Both the position numbers and the translations under genes were made by a program. Below, in pieces: positions 1 to 10,087 of a stretch of 64,000 nucleotides of DNA. Positions within the stretch are counted from its first letter, which is position 1, and every line of letters starts with the position of its first letter. Under the pieces are notes generated by a model that saw nothing but the letters and a program-made list of their open reading frames with translations, searched no databases and was not told the DNA's origin. Location: NCBI GenBank assembly GCA_036339735.1, contig JAYZAL010000006.1, positions 33,525-97,524 on the forward strand, in the 5' to 3' direction. Source of the DNA: Candidatus Poribacteria bacterium (GTDB lineage Bacteria > Poribacteria > WGA-4E > UBA9662).

Positions 1-466
1 AAGTGGAATGGACCTATTATTTCGCGCAAATGGGGACAAAAAATATAAATTCTATCAGCTTATTGTCACCCCCGCAGATGGAGTAGGAAGACCCAACCAT
101 GTTCGTTGGTATGTCCGTGATGGAGAAGACCGTGGAACTTGGAAGGAATATCGCGAATTACGAAAGGAATTCCCGATCGAAGTTATCTCTAAGCAGTGGT
201 ACACGCTATCATTGCAAGGTAAAGGGAATAAATTTACCCTCTATATCAAGAACAAGGAGGATTTACCGTCAACCAAAGTAATGGAATGGACAGATACCAA
301 AAGCCTTCATCCCAAGGGGGTTATTGGCTTTCATACTAACAACTTACATCACTACCAAATTGATAATATGCGTCTGTTCGATTCACCTAATGAAGTTAAT
401 TTGGCTGTATCAGCCAAATCGAAACAGACTACTGCTTGGGCTGAGTTAAAGCAAGCAGATCGATAA
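1..466 (+). CDS. Partial (5'-truncated) ConA-like/DUF1080-like beta-sandwich protein with C-terminal TTW-type tail
   Basis: Frame is open to the window edge. Contains 'WYTLSLQGKGNKFTLY', 'KGVIGF' and 'QIDNMRL', typical of ConA-like sandwiches. Ends AVSAKSKQTTAWAELK. Confidence 0.6.
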   Translation, partial: SGMDLLFRANGDKKYKFYQLIVTPADGVGRPNHVRWYVRDGEDRGTWKEYRELRKEFPIEVISKQWYTLSLQGKGNKFTLYIKNKEDLPSTKVMEWTDTKSLHPKGVIGFHTNNLHHYQIDNMRLFDSPNEVNLAVSAKSKQTTAWAELKQADR

Positions 467-655
467 AATAATTTTCAATAATTGTATAATCTGGATAGAA
501 AGGGAAAGAGCAAAAAATCCTAAAATTTTGTTATTAATAACGGATTTAACTTAACAAAAGTCGAATGTTCAGCTCAGCGTAGTCGGATAATGATATACGT
601 GGAGAATATAGTCGTCAGAAGCAAAAAACAGTGTTAGTTTGTTGCTTCTTGGTTG

Positions 656-684
656 TTGCTAAATTTTATCCGTTGTGATACAAT
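656..684 (+). promoter_or_regulatory. Sigma70-type promoter for the 885 gene
   Basis: TTGCTA, 17 bp spacer, TACAAT with extended -10 TG. Confidence 0.55.
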
Positions 685-711
685 CGGGGGCGCTTGGTAT
701 TGTGATACAAT
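673..711. repeat. 12-bp direct repeat TTGTGATACAAT x2, each near-palindromic
   Basis: Identical copies at 673-684 and 700-711. Confidence 0.8.
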
Positions 712-884
712 ATTCTTCAAGTGCAGTGCAGTTGAGAACTAGAGTTCTAGAATATTCAAGCATAGGTAGCTACTACCTGTTGCGTATTTTAGTTCTTTTC
801 AGAGTCGAATTAAAAAGGCAGCAGATTGTTTGTAAGAGTAGGGTATAAACTCGAGATAGAAAAAGGAGTGTAAAAAAACAAGAT

Positions 885-1754
885 ATGAGAAAATTAGTAT
901 TATTGTCCCTTTTATGTTTGTTAGCACTGCCGGTTTTGTCATTGGCTAATGATCTAGCTCATTATTCGGGGCCTACCAACCCTGGTTGGATTGCTGGTGG
1001 TGCCGTGGCGGCTAATGTGAAAGCAATTGATGGTTTCCAGGGTGTCAAAGCAATGTTTAATAGTATTGAAAACTTTGGTGATGGAGATGAAGAGGGTGAT
1101 GGATCACCGTTGGCTAAGTGGCTTATAGAACACACTAATAATGGTCAACAAGACGTAGTTATCACTGACAGTGGAACTTGTCCCAGTGCTTTTTATCCCT
1201 TTCCAAATAAGAAACCCGATGGTTCAAATATAGAAAACTTCATTGAGGCTGGAAACGTTCACATCAACGTAGCTGACTGGATCTACTATATGAGTTATGA
1301 GGGAGGTGTTCGTAGCCCCAACAATGGACCTAGCGGAGCCGCTAACGTATTTGACATTAAAGGTCTCAGCTTTGGGTCCCGCTCAGGTAATATCAAGCCA
1401 AATGCTAATGGGAAAAAATACATTCCCTCAATGAAGGCGTTTAAGTCAGACCGACCATGGCATACTGAGCAATTCAAAGGTTCAGATTGGGACTTGGTTC
1501 TGTTTGGTGAAGATGGTGATGATGCTGACCCAGCTGTTGCAATTATGAAAAAAGCCGGAAAAGACGGTAATGGAATGATTGCCGCCATGTGGCAAGCCGC
1601 CAAGCCAAAATGGCCCGATAAGCCAGATATTCGTGGTATTGGTGTGGGTGAATTCATGGTTAATTGGTTACAAGAAAATGGTACTTTTAACGTAGATGCC
1701 AAGCATAAAATGACCACGACTTGGGCGAGAGTCAAATCATCTAACGTCAACTAA
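885..1754 (+). CDS. Secreted hypothetical protein with C-terminal TTW-type tail
   Basis: AAGGAG upstream; signal peptide MRKLVLLSLLCLLALPVLSLA; ends VDAKHKMTTTWARVK. Confidence 0.8.
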   Translation: MRKLVLLSLLCLLALPVLSLANDLAHYSGPTNPGWIAGGAVAANVKAIDGFQGVKAMFNSIENFGDGDEEGDGSPLAKWLIEHTNNGQQDVVITDSGTCPSAFYPFPNKKPDGSNIENFIEAGNVHINVADWIYYMSYEGGVRSPNNGPSGAANVFDIKGLSFGSRSGNIKPNANGKKYIPSMKAFKSDRPWHTEQFKGSDWDLVLFGEDGDDADPAVAIMKKAGKDGNGMIAAMWQAAKPKWPDKPDIRGIGVGEFMVNWLQENGTFNVDAKHKMTTTWARVKSSNVN

Positions 1755-1777
1755 TATTCTTTTAAATCAGATTTAAT

Positions 1778-1811
1778 AAAAAGGCCGTAACATTTTGTTG
1801 CGGCCTTTTTT
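1778..1811. terminator. Bidirectional intrinsic terminator
   Basis: AAAAAGGCCGTAACA-TTT-TGTTGCGGCCTTTTTT between convergent genes. Confidence 0.85.
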
Positions 1812-1995
1812 GTATTCTTTGAATAGAGGCATGAGGTATCAGTATAATTCAGAATGGTCCGACATATGTCAAAGAACCATACATACAATATTTAAATATG
1901 TAATGCCTAAACTTCGTAAAGATAAAGGACAAACTAGGTTCGCTGATTTTAATACTAACCTGGTTTTTTCATGTCCTTCTTTCCTTTACGTGTAT

Positions 1996-2844
1996 CTACC
2001 CCCGCTTTTCCCATTCAGATTTCATAAACTTGAGAGCGTCTTTAGCCAATTGTTCTTCACTTTCGTACATACGTCTCCAGATTTTGGTAGCTGCGACTAG
2101 TTCTGGTAATGCTAGACCAAAAGCCTCAACAACCATCCAACCATCGTAACCAGTTTCCTTCAAAGTATTAAAGGTTTCATCCCATTGAACTAATCCATTT
2201 CCAGGCGTACTTCGGTCATTTTCCGAGATGTGGACGTGTACTGTTTGTTGTTGGCAAGCACGAATAGCTTCGGCGACACTCTTTTCTTCGATATTAGCAT
2301 GGAAAGTATCATACATCATACGACAATTCGGGTGATTGACTGCGTCGATGAAGTTGGCTGCATCAACGGCTGAAGTCAGGAAATAACATTCAAATCGGTT
2401 AAGGTATTCAACGGCCAGAGTTACATCACAAACCTGAGCATGCTCAGCTACCAATTGCATACTCTCAATTCCCCAGGCTTTTTCTTCGTCAGTTGGACCT
2501 GTACCACTGAATTCACCGAGTGCTGAATGGTAAGGGCCACAAAGAAAAGTTGCACCCAGAGCTTGGCAACAGTCTAGTGCTTGTTTAGTTAAGGCAACTC
2601 CATTAGCTCGAATGGAAGCAGAAGGGCTAATGGGGTTATCTTCCGCATTACGAACGGTCACTGCTGTTCGTTCAAGGCCAACTTCGTCCAGCTGTTTGCC
2701 TAATTTTGCACAATGATCAACATCATACTCAAACAAAGGAACTTCCACACCATCGTAACCCATAGTTTTCAAATTCTCGAGAATGGGGTAGTGCTCCTCC
2801 CCGATATTGCCACTCCAAAGCAATAAATTCATACCAAATTTCAT
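1996..2844 (-). CDS. D-tagatose/D-psicose 3-epimerase family sugar epimerase
   Basis: EYLNRFE, YDTFHANIEE, HVHISENDRSTPG and VEAF motifs. Confidence 0.85.
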   Translation of the reverse strand: MKFGMNLLLWSGNIGEEHYPILENLKTMGYDGVEVPLFEYDVDHCAKLGKQLDEVGLERTAVTVRNAEDNPISPSASIRANGVALTKQALDCCQALGATFLCGPYHSALGEFSGTGPTDEEKAWGIESMQLVAEHAQVCDVTLAVEYLNRFECYFLTSAVDAANFIDAVNHPNCRMMYDTFHANIEEKSVAEAIRACQQQTVHVHISENDRSTPGNGLVQWDETFNTLKETGYDGWMVVEAFGLALPELVAATKIWRRMYESEEQLAKDALKFMKSEWEKRG

Positions 2845-2873
2845 AGTATTAACTCCTTTAGTTTAGATTAAAT

Positions 2874-4205
2874 TTATACTTTTCTGAGTCGGACGGCAAA
2901 GCTACCATCCATATCATGCAGATGTGGAAATGTTTGCCAATATCCTTCACTTGTTTGCATTGTTGGGTTTTTATCTGGTAAATAACTACTAATTGCTTCA
3001 ACAGAAAAGTTTGGGTACTGTTTTTTAAATCGCTGAATCACTTGCTGGTTTTCTTCGATTTCGGTTGTGCACGTACTGTAAATGATAATGGTATCTGAAC
3101 GGATTTGATTTGCAACATTAGATAATATTTGGAATTGTAAATCTGCTAAATCGCTGATCTGGCTACGGTTCTTTTTCCATCGGATGTCAGGGTGACGACG
3201 TAAAGTACCAAATCCTGAACAAGGAGCATCAACAAGAACAATGTTAGCTTTCGAGAGTGGCCGAATCGCAGGGTCTAAAGCAGATGCTACTATGGTTTCG
3301 ACATTTGTGATACCTAAACGCTGACAATTTTGTTCAACGAGTTTTATCTTTTGGTCTGTTATATCCATAGCGATAATAGAACCATCGTTTTCCATTAATT
3401 GAGCTAAGTGAGTCGTTTTTCCACCAGGTGCAGCACAAACATCAACAACCAATTTAGAGGATCCCTTTGTAATACCCGCCAGATGAGCAATTATCTGGGC
3501 GGCTTCATCTTGAACTTGACATAATCCCTCAGTATAAATATTGGATCGTACTAGGTCGCTAATACCTAGTAATTGTATGCCTTCTGGACTTGTTGATGTT
3601 TCACGCGCGTCTATACCACCTTTCAGAAATCTTTCAACCAAATTACATCTATCAATTTTTAAGGTATTAGTCCTTACAGTTAAGGGAGCTAAGCTATTAC
3701 TAAACTGACAAAAATCAGTTGCCCATTCTAAACCGAATTCCTCGATCCAACGTTCCACCAGCCATTTAGGATAGGACTGAGATAAGCTAAGCCATTCGAT
3801 CGGCTCATCTACCTGGTCAGGAAATGATAGACTATTTCTATTCCGAGAAAGGTTCCGTAAAACGGCATTAACAAAACGAGACGTTTTAATTTTGGGTTTA
3901 GCTAACTCAACTGTTTCGTAAATAATAGCATGAATCGGAATTCGGTTGAGATGTAAGAGTTGGTACGCACCAAGTCGTAAGATGTTTCGTAAACGAGGGG
4001 GTAAACGAAAACGATTAGGTATAAATGGATTAAGCACCCAATCTAGTTGCCCTTGCCAACGAATTGTACCGTAAACCAACTGATGTAGAAGATTAAGATC
4101 AACAGGTCGAACCCGAGTCTCAGTATTTCGAATAACGTTGGAAATACGACTGTTGGGGTGCTGAAGTTTGTTTAAACAGTTAAGAGCAGCTTTACGAACA
4201 TTCAC
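2874..4205 (-). CDS. rsmB: 16S rRNA m5C967 methyltransferase RsmB (Sun)
   Basis: NusB-like N-terminus; DVCAAPGGKT, DAPCSGFG and YSTCT motifs. Confidence 0.92.
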   Translation of the reverse strand: MNVRKAALNCLNKLQHPNSRISNVIRNTETRVRPVDLNLLHQLVYGTIRWQGQLDWVLNPFIPNRFRLPPRLRNILRLGAYQLLHLNRIPIHAIIYETVELAKPKIKTSRFVNAVLRNLSRNRNSLSFPDQVDEPIEWLSLSQSYPKWLVERWIEEFGLEWATDFCQFSNSLAPLTVRTNTLKIDRCNLVERFLKGGIDARETSTSPEGIQLLGISDLVRSNIYTEGLCQVQDEAAQIIAHLAGITKGSSKLVVDVCAAPGGKTTHLAQLMENDGSIIAMDITDQKIKLVEQNCQRLGITNVETIVASALDPAIRPLSKANIVLVDAPCSGFGTLRRHPDIRWKKNRSQISDLADLQFQILSNVANQIRSDTIIIYSTCTTEIEENQQVIQRFKKQYPNFSVEAISSYLPDKNPTMQTSEGYWQTFPHLHDMDGSFAVRLRKV

Positions 4206-4265
4206 AAGATTTGAAATATCGAAAATCAGTAGTTATAATTTAGAACAGAGCAAAGTAAACCTTCA

Positions 4266-4622
4266 ATGAATCACTCATTTTTCAACTTTCGTCCAGGTAG
4301 AAACTTGCGTATTTTGCGCTTCCTACTCAACATACCCAACTTTGTTAAGTTGGCTTGGCGACTGTTCAAAGATGCACGAGTCCCTATCCATATTAAGGCC
4401 GTTTGGGTGTTAGCTGAAGTCGTGGCTTTTGCTTTTGCTATTGCTTACTTCATTCTTCCCATCGACTTCCTTCCTGATTTCCATTTTTTAACAAGGTTCG
4501 ATGATTTACTAATTGGTCTTTTCCTGATTTCTGCCCCTGGTACATGGCTGTTCGTGAGACTGTGTCCACGCCCAATTGTTTTGGAGCACGTTAACCAGAT
4601 TGCCGCCGACAAGCAAAGTTAA
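4266..4622 (+). CDS. DUF1232/YkvA-like membrane protein
   Basis: 'RLFKDARVP' and 'YFILPIDFLPDF...DD' motifs. Confidence 0.75.
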   Translation: MNHSFFNFRPGRNLRILRFLLNIPNFVKLAWRLFKDARVPIHIKAVWVLAEVVAFAFAIAYFILPIDFLPDFHFLTRFDDLLIGLFLISAPGTWLFVRLCPRPIVLEHVNQIAADKQS

Positions 4623-4713
4623 CAAAACTTCACTTTTATGAGACCGAAATGTCTAGATAGTCTTTATTGAATTGCAATTAGTTGGCAAGAACCTTAGGTA
4701 GAGATTTGGAGGT

Positions 4714-6210
4714 TTACTGAGAAATAGTGGCAGTTATCTTGCCTACGGTGCCGGGGGTAAACCCATCAATCACAGTCTCTATAACCTGATAAGAAGGTTC
4801 CCAGAATACAAACAGCAGAACAGTTGGAACGGCAAAGAAGAGTAGAAGTAGTTGGTTACCGAATGTGAAGGTCAACGGTGTCTCTTCATCTGACTTTTCG
4901 AAGAACATTGCTCTTACTATACGTATATAGTAATAAAGTGAAACAGCACTATTCAGAGCAGCAACAACAACTAGCCAATAAAGGCCCCCTTCCACAGCGG
5001 CTGTGAATAAAACCCATTTTCCACTAAACCCCGCCAAAGGCGGTAGCCCAGTCAATGAGAAGAGAAAAAGAGCCATCGAGACAGCTAGTAGCGGTGCCCG
5101 CGAAATTAGGTTACGGTAGTTTTCTATCATTTCACCACCTAATCGATTGGAAACTAGAATAACTACAAAGAAAGCACCTAAATTCATAAAGAGATAAATG
5201 ATCAAGTAAAACAAAATGGCCTTAATACCGGTATCGTTCAATAGTACTGCACCCATCAACAAATATCCACCATGAGCAATACTCGAATAAGCCAATAAGC
5301 GCTTGACGTTATTTTGGGGTAAAGCTGCTAAATTACCAAAAGTCATAGTTAAAGCCGATACAACTGCTAATAATATAGTCCAGTTAGTAGCGCTAAGATC
5401 CGTAATTTGCCCAAACCCAAGATAAAAAATCCGAATCAGCAAAGCGAAACCCGCTGCTTTAGATGCGACAGAAAGGAAAGCTGTTACCGGAATCGGTGCC
5501 CCCTCGTAAACATCAGGTCCCCACATATGGAAAGGTACTGATGCAATTTTATAACCAAGACCGGTCATAACAAACACTGTTGCAACAGTGACTGCCAGAT
5601 GTGAGTTAGGCTCAGCAATAACTTCAGCCAGTCGAGTACCGATTTCTGGAATATTCGCAGTACCAGTTAAACCGAAAATGAGTGATAAACCAAATAGCAT
5701 AGTACCAGAAGCAACTGCACCGTAAATAATGTATTTAAAGGCGGCTTCGCTCGATCGGCGATTATGCGTAAGAAAACCTGCTAAAATATATGACGCTATT
5801 GATACAGTTTCCAAAGCTAGGTAGGCAATCAATAGGTTAGTCGAAGATGCCATCAAAAACATCCCCAAATTAACAGCTATTAGAATTGAGTAGTATTCCC
5901 CTTTTGTATTGGGATCTAATTCGGCAGATTGCATCGAAAAAATGATTGTAGCAGCTGTTGTAACTAAAACAATTACTTTAAAATAAATGGAAAAACCATC
6001 TATCTTGATCATACCATCAAATAAAAATTCAGACGGTAAGCCCGCAGAAAAAATAGCAATAAGTGTCAGGACAATTCCACCCAAAGCAATATACGCCGTT
6101 CCATTATTGTGTTTGCTATCAGGTGTCAAATCATAAATAATAGCAAGCAAAGCCGTTCCGATAACAATCAGTTCAGGAACAAAGTACTGGAGACTATCAA
6201 TACTATTCAC
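4714..6210 (-). CDS. nuoN: NADH-quinone oxidoreductase subunit N
   Basis: EAAFKY, KIASVPFHMWGPDVYEGAP and KRLLAYSSIAH motifs; last gene of the operon. Confidence 0.95.
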   Translation of the reverse strand: MNSIDSLQYFVPELIVIGTALLAIIYDLTPDSKHNNGTAYIALGGIVLTLIAIFSAGLPSEFLFDGMIKIDGFSIYFKVIVLVTTAATIIFSMQSAELDPNTKGEYYSILIAVNLGMFLMASSTNLLIAYLALETVSIASYILAGFLTHNRRSSEAAFKYIIYGAVASGTMLFGLSLIFGLTGTANIPEIGTRLAEVIAEPNSHLAVTVATVFVMTGLGYKIASVPFHMWGPDVYEGAPIPVTAFLSVASKAAGFALLIRIFYLGFGQITDLSATNWTILLAVVSALTMTFGNLAALPQNNVKRLLAYSSIAHGGYLLMGAVLLNDTGIKAILFYLIIYLFMNLGAFFVVILVSNRLGGEMIENYRNLISRAPLLAVSMALFLFSLTGLPPLAGFSGKWVLFTAAVEGGLYWLVVVAALNSAVSLYYYIRIVRAMFFEKSDEETPLTFTFGNQLLLLFFAVPTVLLFVFWEPSYQVIETVIDGFTPGTVGKITATISQ

Positions 6211-6237
6211 TATACAGAGTCCTCAATCACTAATGAC

Positions 6238-7761
6238 TTACGGTAGAATGCCAACGGCCTTGCTACTCGCGTTCACAGCCTTGACTATTGCATCGACATT
6301 TTGGTCAAACATGTCGATAATGAAATGTGGCCAAACACCCAAAAGAATTGTTAAGATACCAAGAGGAAGGAGCGTTGCAATTTCCCGGGCATTGATTTCT
6401 TCAATTTCCTCATATTTAGGATTAAGTTGCCCAAGGAAAATGCGTTGTAATGTCCATAAAAAATAAGCGGCACCAATCACAATCCCAATAGTTGAAAGAA
6501 TCGTTAAAAATTTAGCATTATCAAACGCTCCATCAAAAGCTCCCAGTAAAGATAATGCTTCACCAACAAATCCGCTCAAACCGGGTAAGCCCAAAGAGGC
6601 CATAAAAGCCAATGTAGTAATGCCTGTATAGACGGGCATCTTTGCACCAAGTCCACCAAAACCATTTATATCCCGATGGTGGGCTCGATCATAAATCACA
6701 CCAACCAACAGAAACAGCATCCCACTTATGACTCCATGGTTAAACATTTGTAGGATAGCACCGGTTATACCAGGTTTGTTTAAAGCAGCAATACCCAGTA
6801 TCACAAATCCCATGTGTCCAATAGACGAATAGGCAACCATCTTCTTAAAATCAGTCTGGAAAAGAGCACACAGTGAGCCGTAAATGATATTGACAACCGC
6901 TAGAATCGCTAACCAACTCGCTGAAGCTGCCATACCTTCTGGCAGCATAGTTACGTTAATTCTTACTAAACCATATGTACCCATCTTCAGCAAAATACCA
7001 GCCAGAATAACGCTTATAGCAGTTGGCGCTTGGACGTGAGCATCTGGTAACCAGGTATGGAAAGGAAAAATAGGCACTTTGACAGCAAATCCAACAAAGA
7101 AGCCCAAAAAGACAATCTTTTGGAAATCTGGATCGGCCAAAGGGTGGCCTGCAGTTTGAGCTAACTGTGTTAACTTAATAATATCGAAAGTTCTAGCCCC
7201 AGCTTCCCCACTCTTCAGATAAACAGCAATCATGGCTACGAGCATCAGAACACTTCCGAATAGTGTGTAGAGAAAGAATTTGATCGCCGCATACTCACGA
7301 CGTTCTCCACCCCAAATACCTACTAGGAAGTACATCGGTAACAGCGTCAGTTCGAAGAAAACGTAGAATAGAAAGAGGTCTAGGGCACAAAAGAATCCGA
7401 TCATACCCGTCTCAAGCAGGAGAAACAAAGCCATGTAAGCTTTAACTCCTTTATCAATTTTCCATGAAGCTCCTACGCAGATAGGTCCAAGCAAAGCTGT
7501 TAATAACACCAAAGTCACGCTCAACCCATCAAGGCCAATGTGATAGCTAATGCCAAAACTTTCAATCCAGGGAATTGTTAATTCATGTTGAATACCCGCT
7601 TCCGAATTATCATAATTTGTAAACAGAGAAACCGCGATCAACAACGGAATCAACGTTACAGCAAATGTCAACCACCTAGCGGTGTTATCTTGACCACGAG
7701 GCAAAAGTAAGACCAAGACCATACCAATAAGCGGTATAAAAATCATCCATGTTAGTAGCAT
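6238..7761 (-). CDS. nuoM: NADH-quinone oxidoreductase subunit M
   Basis: AAIKFFLYT, PFHTWLPDAHVQAP and LGLPGLSGFVGE motifs. Confidence 0.95.
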   Translation of the reverse strand: MLLTWMIFIPLIGMVLVLLLPRGQDNTARWLTFAVTLIPLLIAVSLFTNYDNSEAGIQHELTIPWIESFGISYHIGLDGLSVTLVLLTALLGPICVGASWKIDKGVKAYMALFLLLETGMIGFFCALDLFLFYVFFELTLLPMYFLVGIWGGERREYAAIKFFLYTLFGSVLMLVAMIAVYLKSGEAGARTFDIIKLTQLAQTAGHPLADPDFQKIVFLGFFVGFAVKVPIFPFHTWLPDAHVQAPTAISVILAGILLKMGTYGLVRINVTMLPEGMAASASWLAILAVVNIIYGSLCALFQTDFKKMVAYSSIGHMGFVILGIAALNKPGITGAILQMFNHGVISGMLFLLVGVIYDRAHHRDINGFGGLGAKMPVYTGITTLAFMASLGLPGLSGFVGEALSLLGAFDGAFDNAKFLTILSTIGIVIGAAYFLWTLQRIFLGQLNPKYEEIEEINAREIATLLPLGILTILLGVWPHFIIDMFDQNVDAIVKAVNASSKAVGILP

Positions 7762-7821
7762 AAATCACTCAACTCTTTCATTTAGTAGTAATCCTAATAA
7801 ACCATACAATTTACGACATTA

Positions 7822-10053
7822 TTAGCGAGGGAGATAGAGAAATAACAGTATCAAAAGAATTACACCACCTAGAACAAAGGCAAGGTAATTCTGGACTGTA
7901 CCAGTTTGAATACGACGAACTTGGTTTCCAATGGCTCGAATGCCCTTACCAACTACACCTACTACAATTCCATCAATAACGATCATGTCAAACAGACCAA
8001 CAATACCAGCGATAAGAACACGGGTAATCCATGCTACAGCATTAACTATACCATCAACAACATTGATGTCGATCTTACCGAAAACATTAGCCATGCCCAA
8101 TGTAACCCGTTTTACCACCACCCCATTATACAGCTCATCAACGTAGTATTTGTTCCAAAGAATGGTATGAAATGGACCAAGGGCTTTCTCAACGGGGTCT
8201 TCATCAATCGATTTACGCCCGTAAATTAACCATGAGATTAAAATACCCAACCCTGCCACAATAATGGAACAGATCATAGCAATTTTATGAGCTTTATGAT
8301 GAACATCATGATGTGGATCATGATATTTACCATCTGATCCATAATCAGATTTTCCTGCCGCTGCATACAATTCTGTTAAGCTTTCATCGGCTCCGCCATG
8401 TCCATTATGCTCGTTAGTGCTACCATTATGATATTGGTGTGGTGTTTGCACTAACTTATCAAAACTCCAACTAAAACTAATGTTAAACGGTAGGTGAGCG
8501 TGTACGACAGGGAAAGACAATACCATTAAGATAACTAAAGGAATAGCCATTTGACTCGGAGACTCGTGAGCATGATCATACATTTCCTGATTTTTCGGTT
8601 GGCCAAAGAAGGTAAGAAATACAAGCCGGAACATATAGAAAGCAGTGATCATGGCAGCAAAAAGTGCAATGCCGAACAAGATATAATAGTGAATCGTGTA
8701 CTGGCCAGCTTCCATAGCTTTACCCAGAACTCCACCCAAAACTGCATCTTTACTGTAAAAGCCAGAAGTTATGAAAGGCACACCAGAAATGGACAAAGTA
8801 GCAATTAACATCGTCCAAAAAGTGGTCGGCATTTTATGTCTGAGCCCTCCCATATTTCTCATGTCTTGTTCTGGTGGAATACCATCCCTTTCTGCCGGTC
8901 CATGGTGGTGATGATCATCATGCGCATGCCCGTCATCATCGCTATGATGAACATGTAAAGCGTGAATTACACTACCAGATCCAAGAAATAGAAGAGCCTT
9001 AAAGAAAGCGTGAGTGGTTAGATGGAACAAACCTGCCATATAGTTACCAGCCCCAATGGCAAGCATCATGTAACCTAATTGGCTAATTGTCGAATATGCC
9101 AAAACACGCTTTATATCCCAACGGACAATGGCAATAGACGCTGCAAAGATGGCAGTAATCCCACCGATATAAGCAATAAAGAGCGAGGATTCTGGTGTTA
9201 GTATCGGAAACATACGAGCCGTTAAATATACGCCGGCAGCCACCATTGTCGCGGCATGAATTAAAGCACTAACAGGCGTTGGACCTTCCATTGCATCAGG
9301 TAGCCAAGTGTGAAGCGGGAATTGAGCTGATTTACCAATTGGTCCACAGAAAATTAAGATGCCAGCCACTGATAACCACAACATATCGCCGGAACCAAGG
9401 TGTGATACGGCTTCGAATATTCCATGTTCGCCAAACAGCGAAAGTGTTTTAAATTTAGCGAAAAGCATCATCATACCGATAAACATACCAACATCTCCGA
9501 CTCGTGTAGTCAGAAATGCCTTTTTGCAGGCGTCAGCGGCAGAATCTTTCTCGAACCAGAATCCTATTAGTAGATAAGAGCATAATCCCACAAGTTCCCA
9601 ACCAATATAGATTCCCAGTAAATTATCGGAAACGATCAGAAGAAGCATCGAGAAAGAAAACAGGGATAGAAAAGCAAAAAAGCGAGGATATCGAGGATCG
9701 CCGTGCATATATTGTCTTGAGAAAATATGTACAAGACAACTGACTAAAGTAACTACTATCAGCATGATACCAGTTACACTGTCAAGCATAAAACCCATCT
9801 TAAACTTGAGGCTACCGATAGTTATCCAATCGACTACCATAGAATCAATTTGGCCACCAGGCTTTTGCAAGTCAGAATTAGTCAAAATTTGACCAAAAAG
9901 TAGAAGCGAACATACAAAGGCTATTAGCATAGCAGCCGTGGAAATTAGGTCTTGTACAGGGGAACGTCTCCCCATAAGGCCAAAAATCCCAAATATCGCA
10001 AATGCGGCTAACGGACAAAGGAGTATAGTGAAAATTAGCGAAAGAATCGACAT
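7822..10053 (-). CDS. nuoL: NADH-quinone oxidoreductase subunit L, with His-rich insertions
   Basis: KSAQFPLHTWLPDAMEGPTPVSALIHAATMV; HAFFKALLFL. Confidence 0.95.
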   Translation of the reverse strand: MSILSLIFTILLCPLAAFAIFGIFGLMGRRSPVQDLISTAAMLIAFVCSLLLFGQILTNSDLQKPGGQIDSMVVDWITIGSLKFKMGFMLDSVTGIMLIVVTLVSCLVHIFSRQYMHGDPRYPRFFAFLSLFSFSMLLLIVSDNLLGIYIGWELVGLCSYLLIGFWFEKDSAADACKKAFLTTRVGDVGMFIGMMMLFAKFKTLSLFGEHGIFEAVSHLGSGDMLWLSVAGILIFCGPIGKSAQFPLHTWLPDAMEGPTPVSALIHAATMVAAGVYLTARMFPILTPESSLFIAYIGGITAIFAASIAIVRWDIKRVLAYSTISQLGYMMLAIGAGNYMAGLFHLTTHAFFKALLFLGSGSVIHALHVHHSDDDGHAHDDHHHHGPAERDGIPPEQDMRNMGGLRHKMPTTFWTMLIATLSISGVPFITSGFYSKDAVLGGVLGKAMEAGQYTIHYYILFGIALFAAMITAFYMFRLVFLTFFGQPKNQEMYDHAHESPSQMAIPLVILMVLSFPVVHAHLPFNISFSWSFDKLVQTPHQYHNGSTNEHNGHGGADESLTELYAAAGKSDYGSDGKYHDPHHDVHHKAHKIAMICSIIVAGLGILISWLIYGRKSIDEDPVEKALGPFHTILWNKYYVDELYNGVVVKRVTLGMANVFGKIDINVVDGIVNAVAWITRVLIAGIVGLFDMIVIDGIVVGVVGKGIRAIGNQVRRIQTGTVQNYLAFVLGGVILLILLFLYLPR

Positions 10054-10087
10054 ATTTAGGTAAACTCCGTTAGTTATGCGAAGAAGA

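Noticed and set aside
1795-2100. 101-aa plus-strand ORF
   Set aside because: It starts inside a terminator hairpin, overlaps the epimerase antisense and has no recognisable motif.
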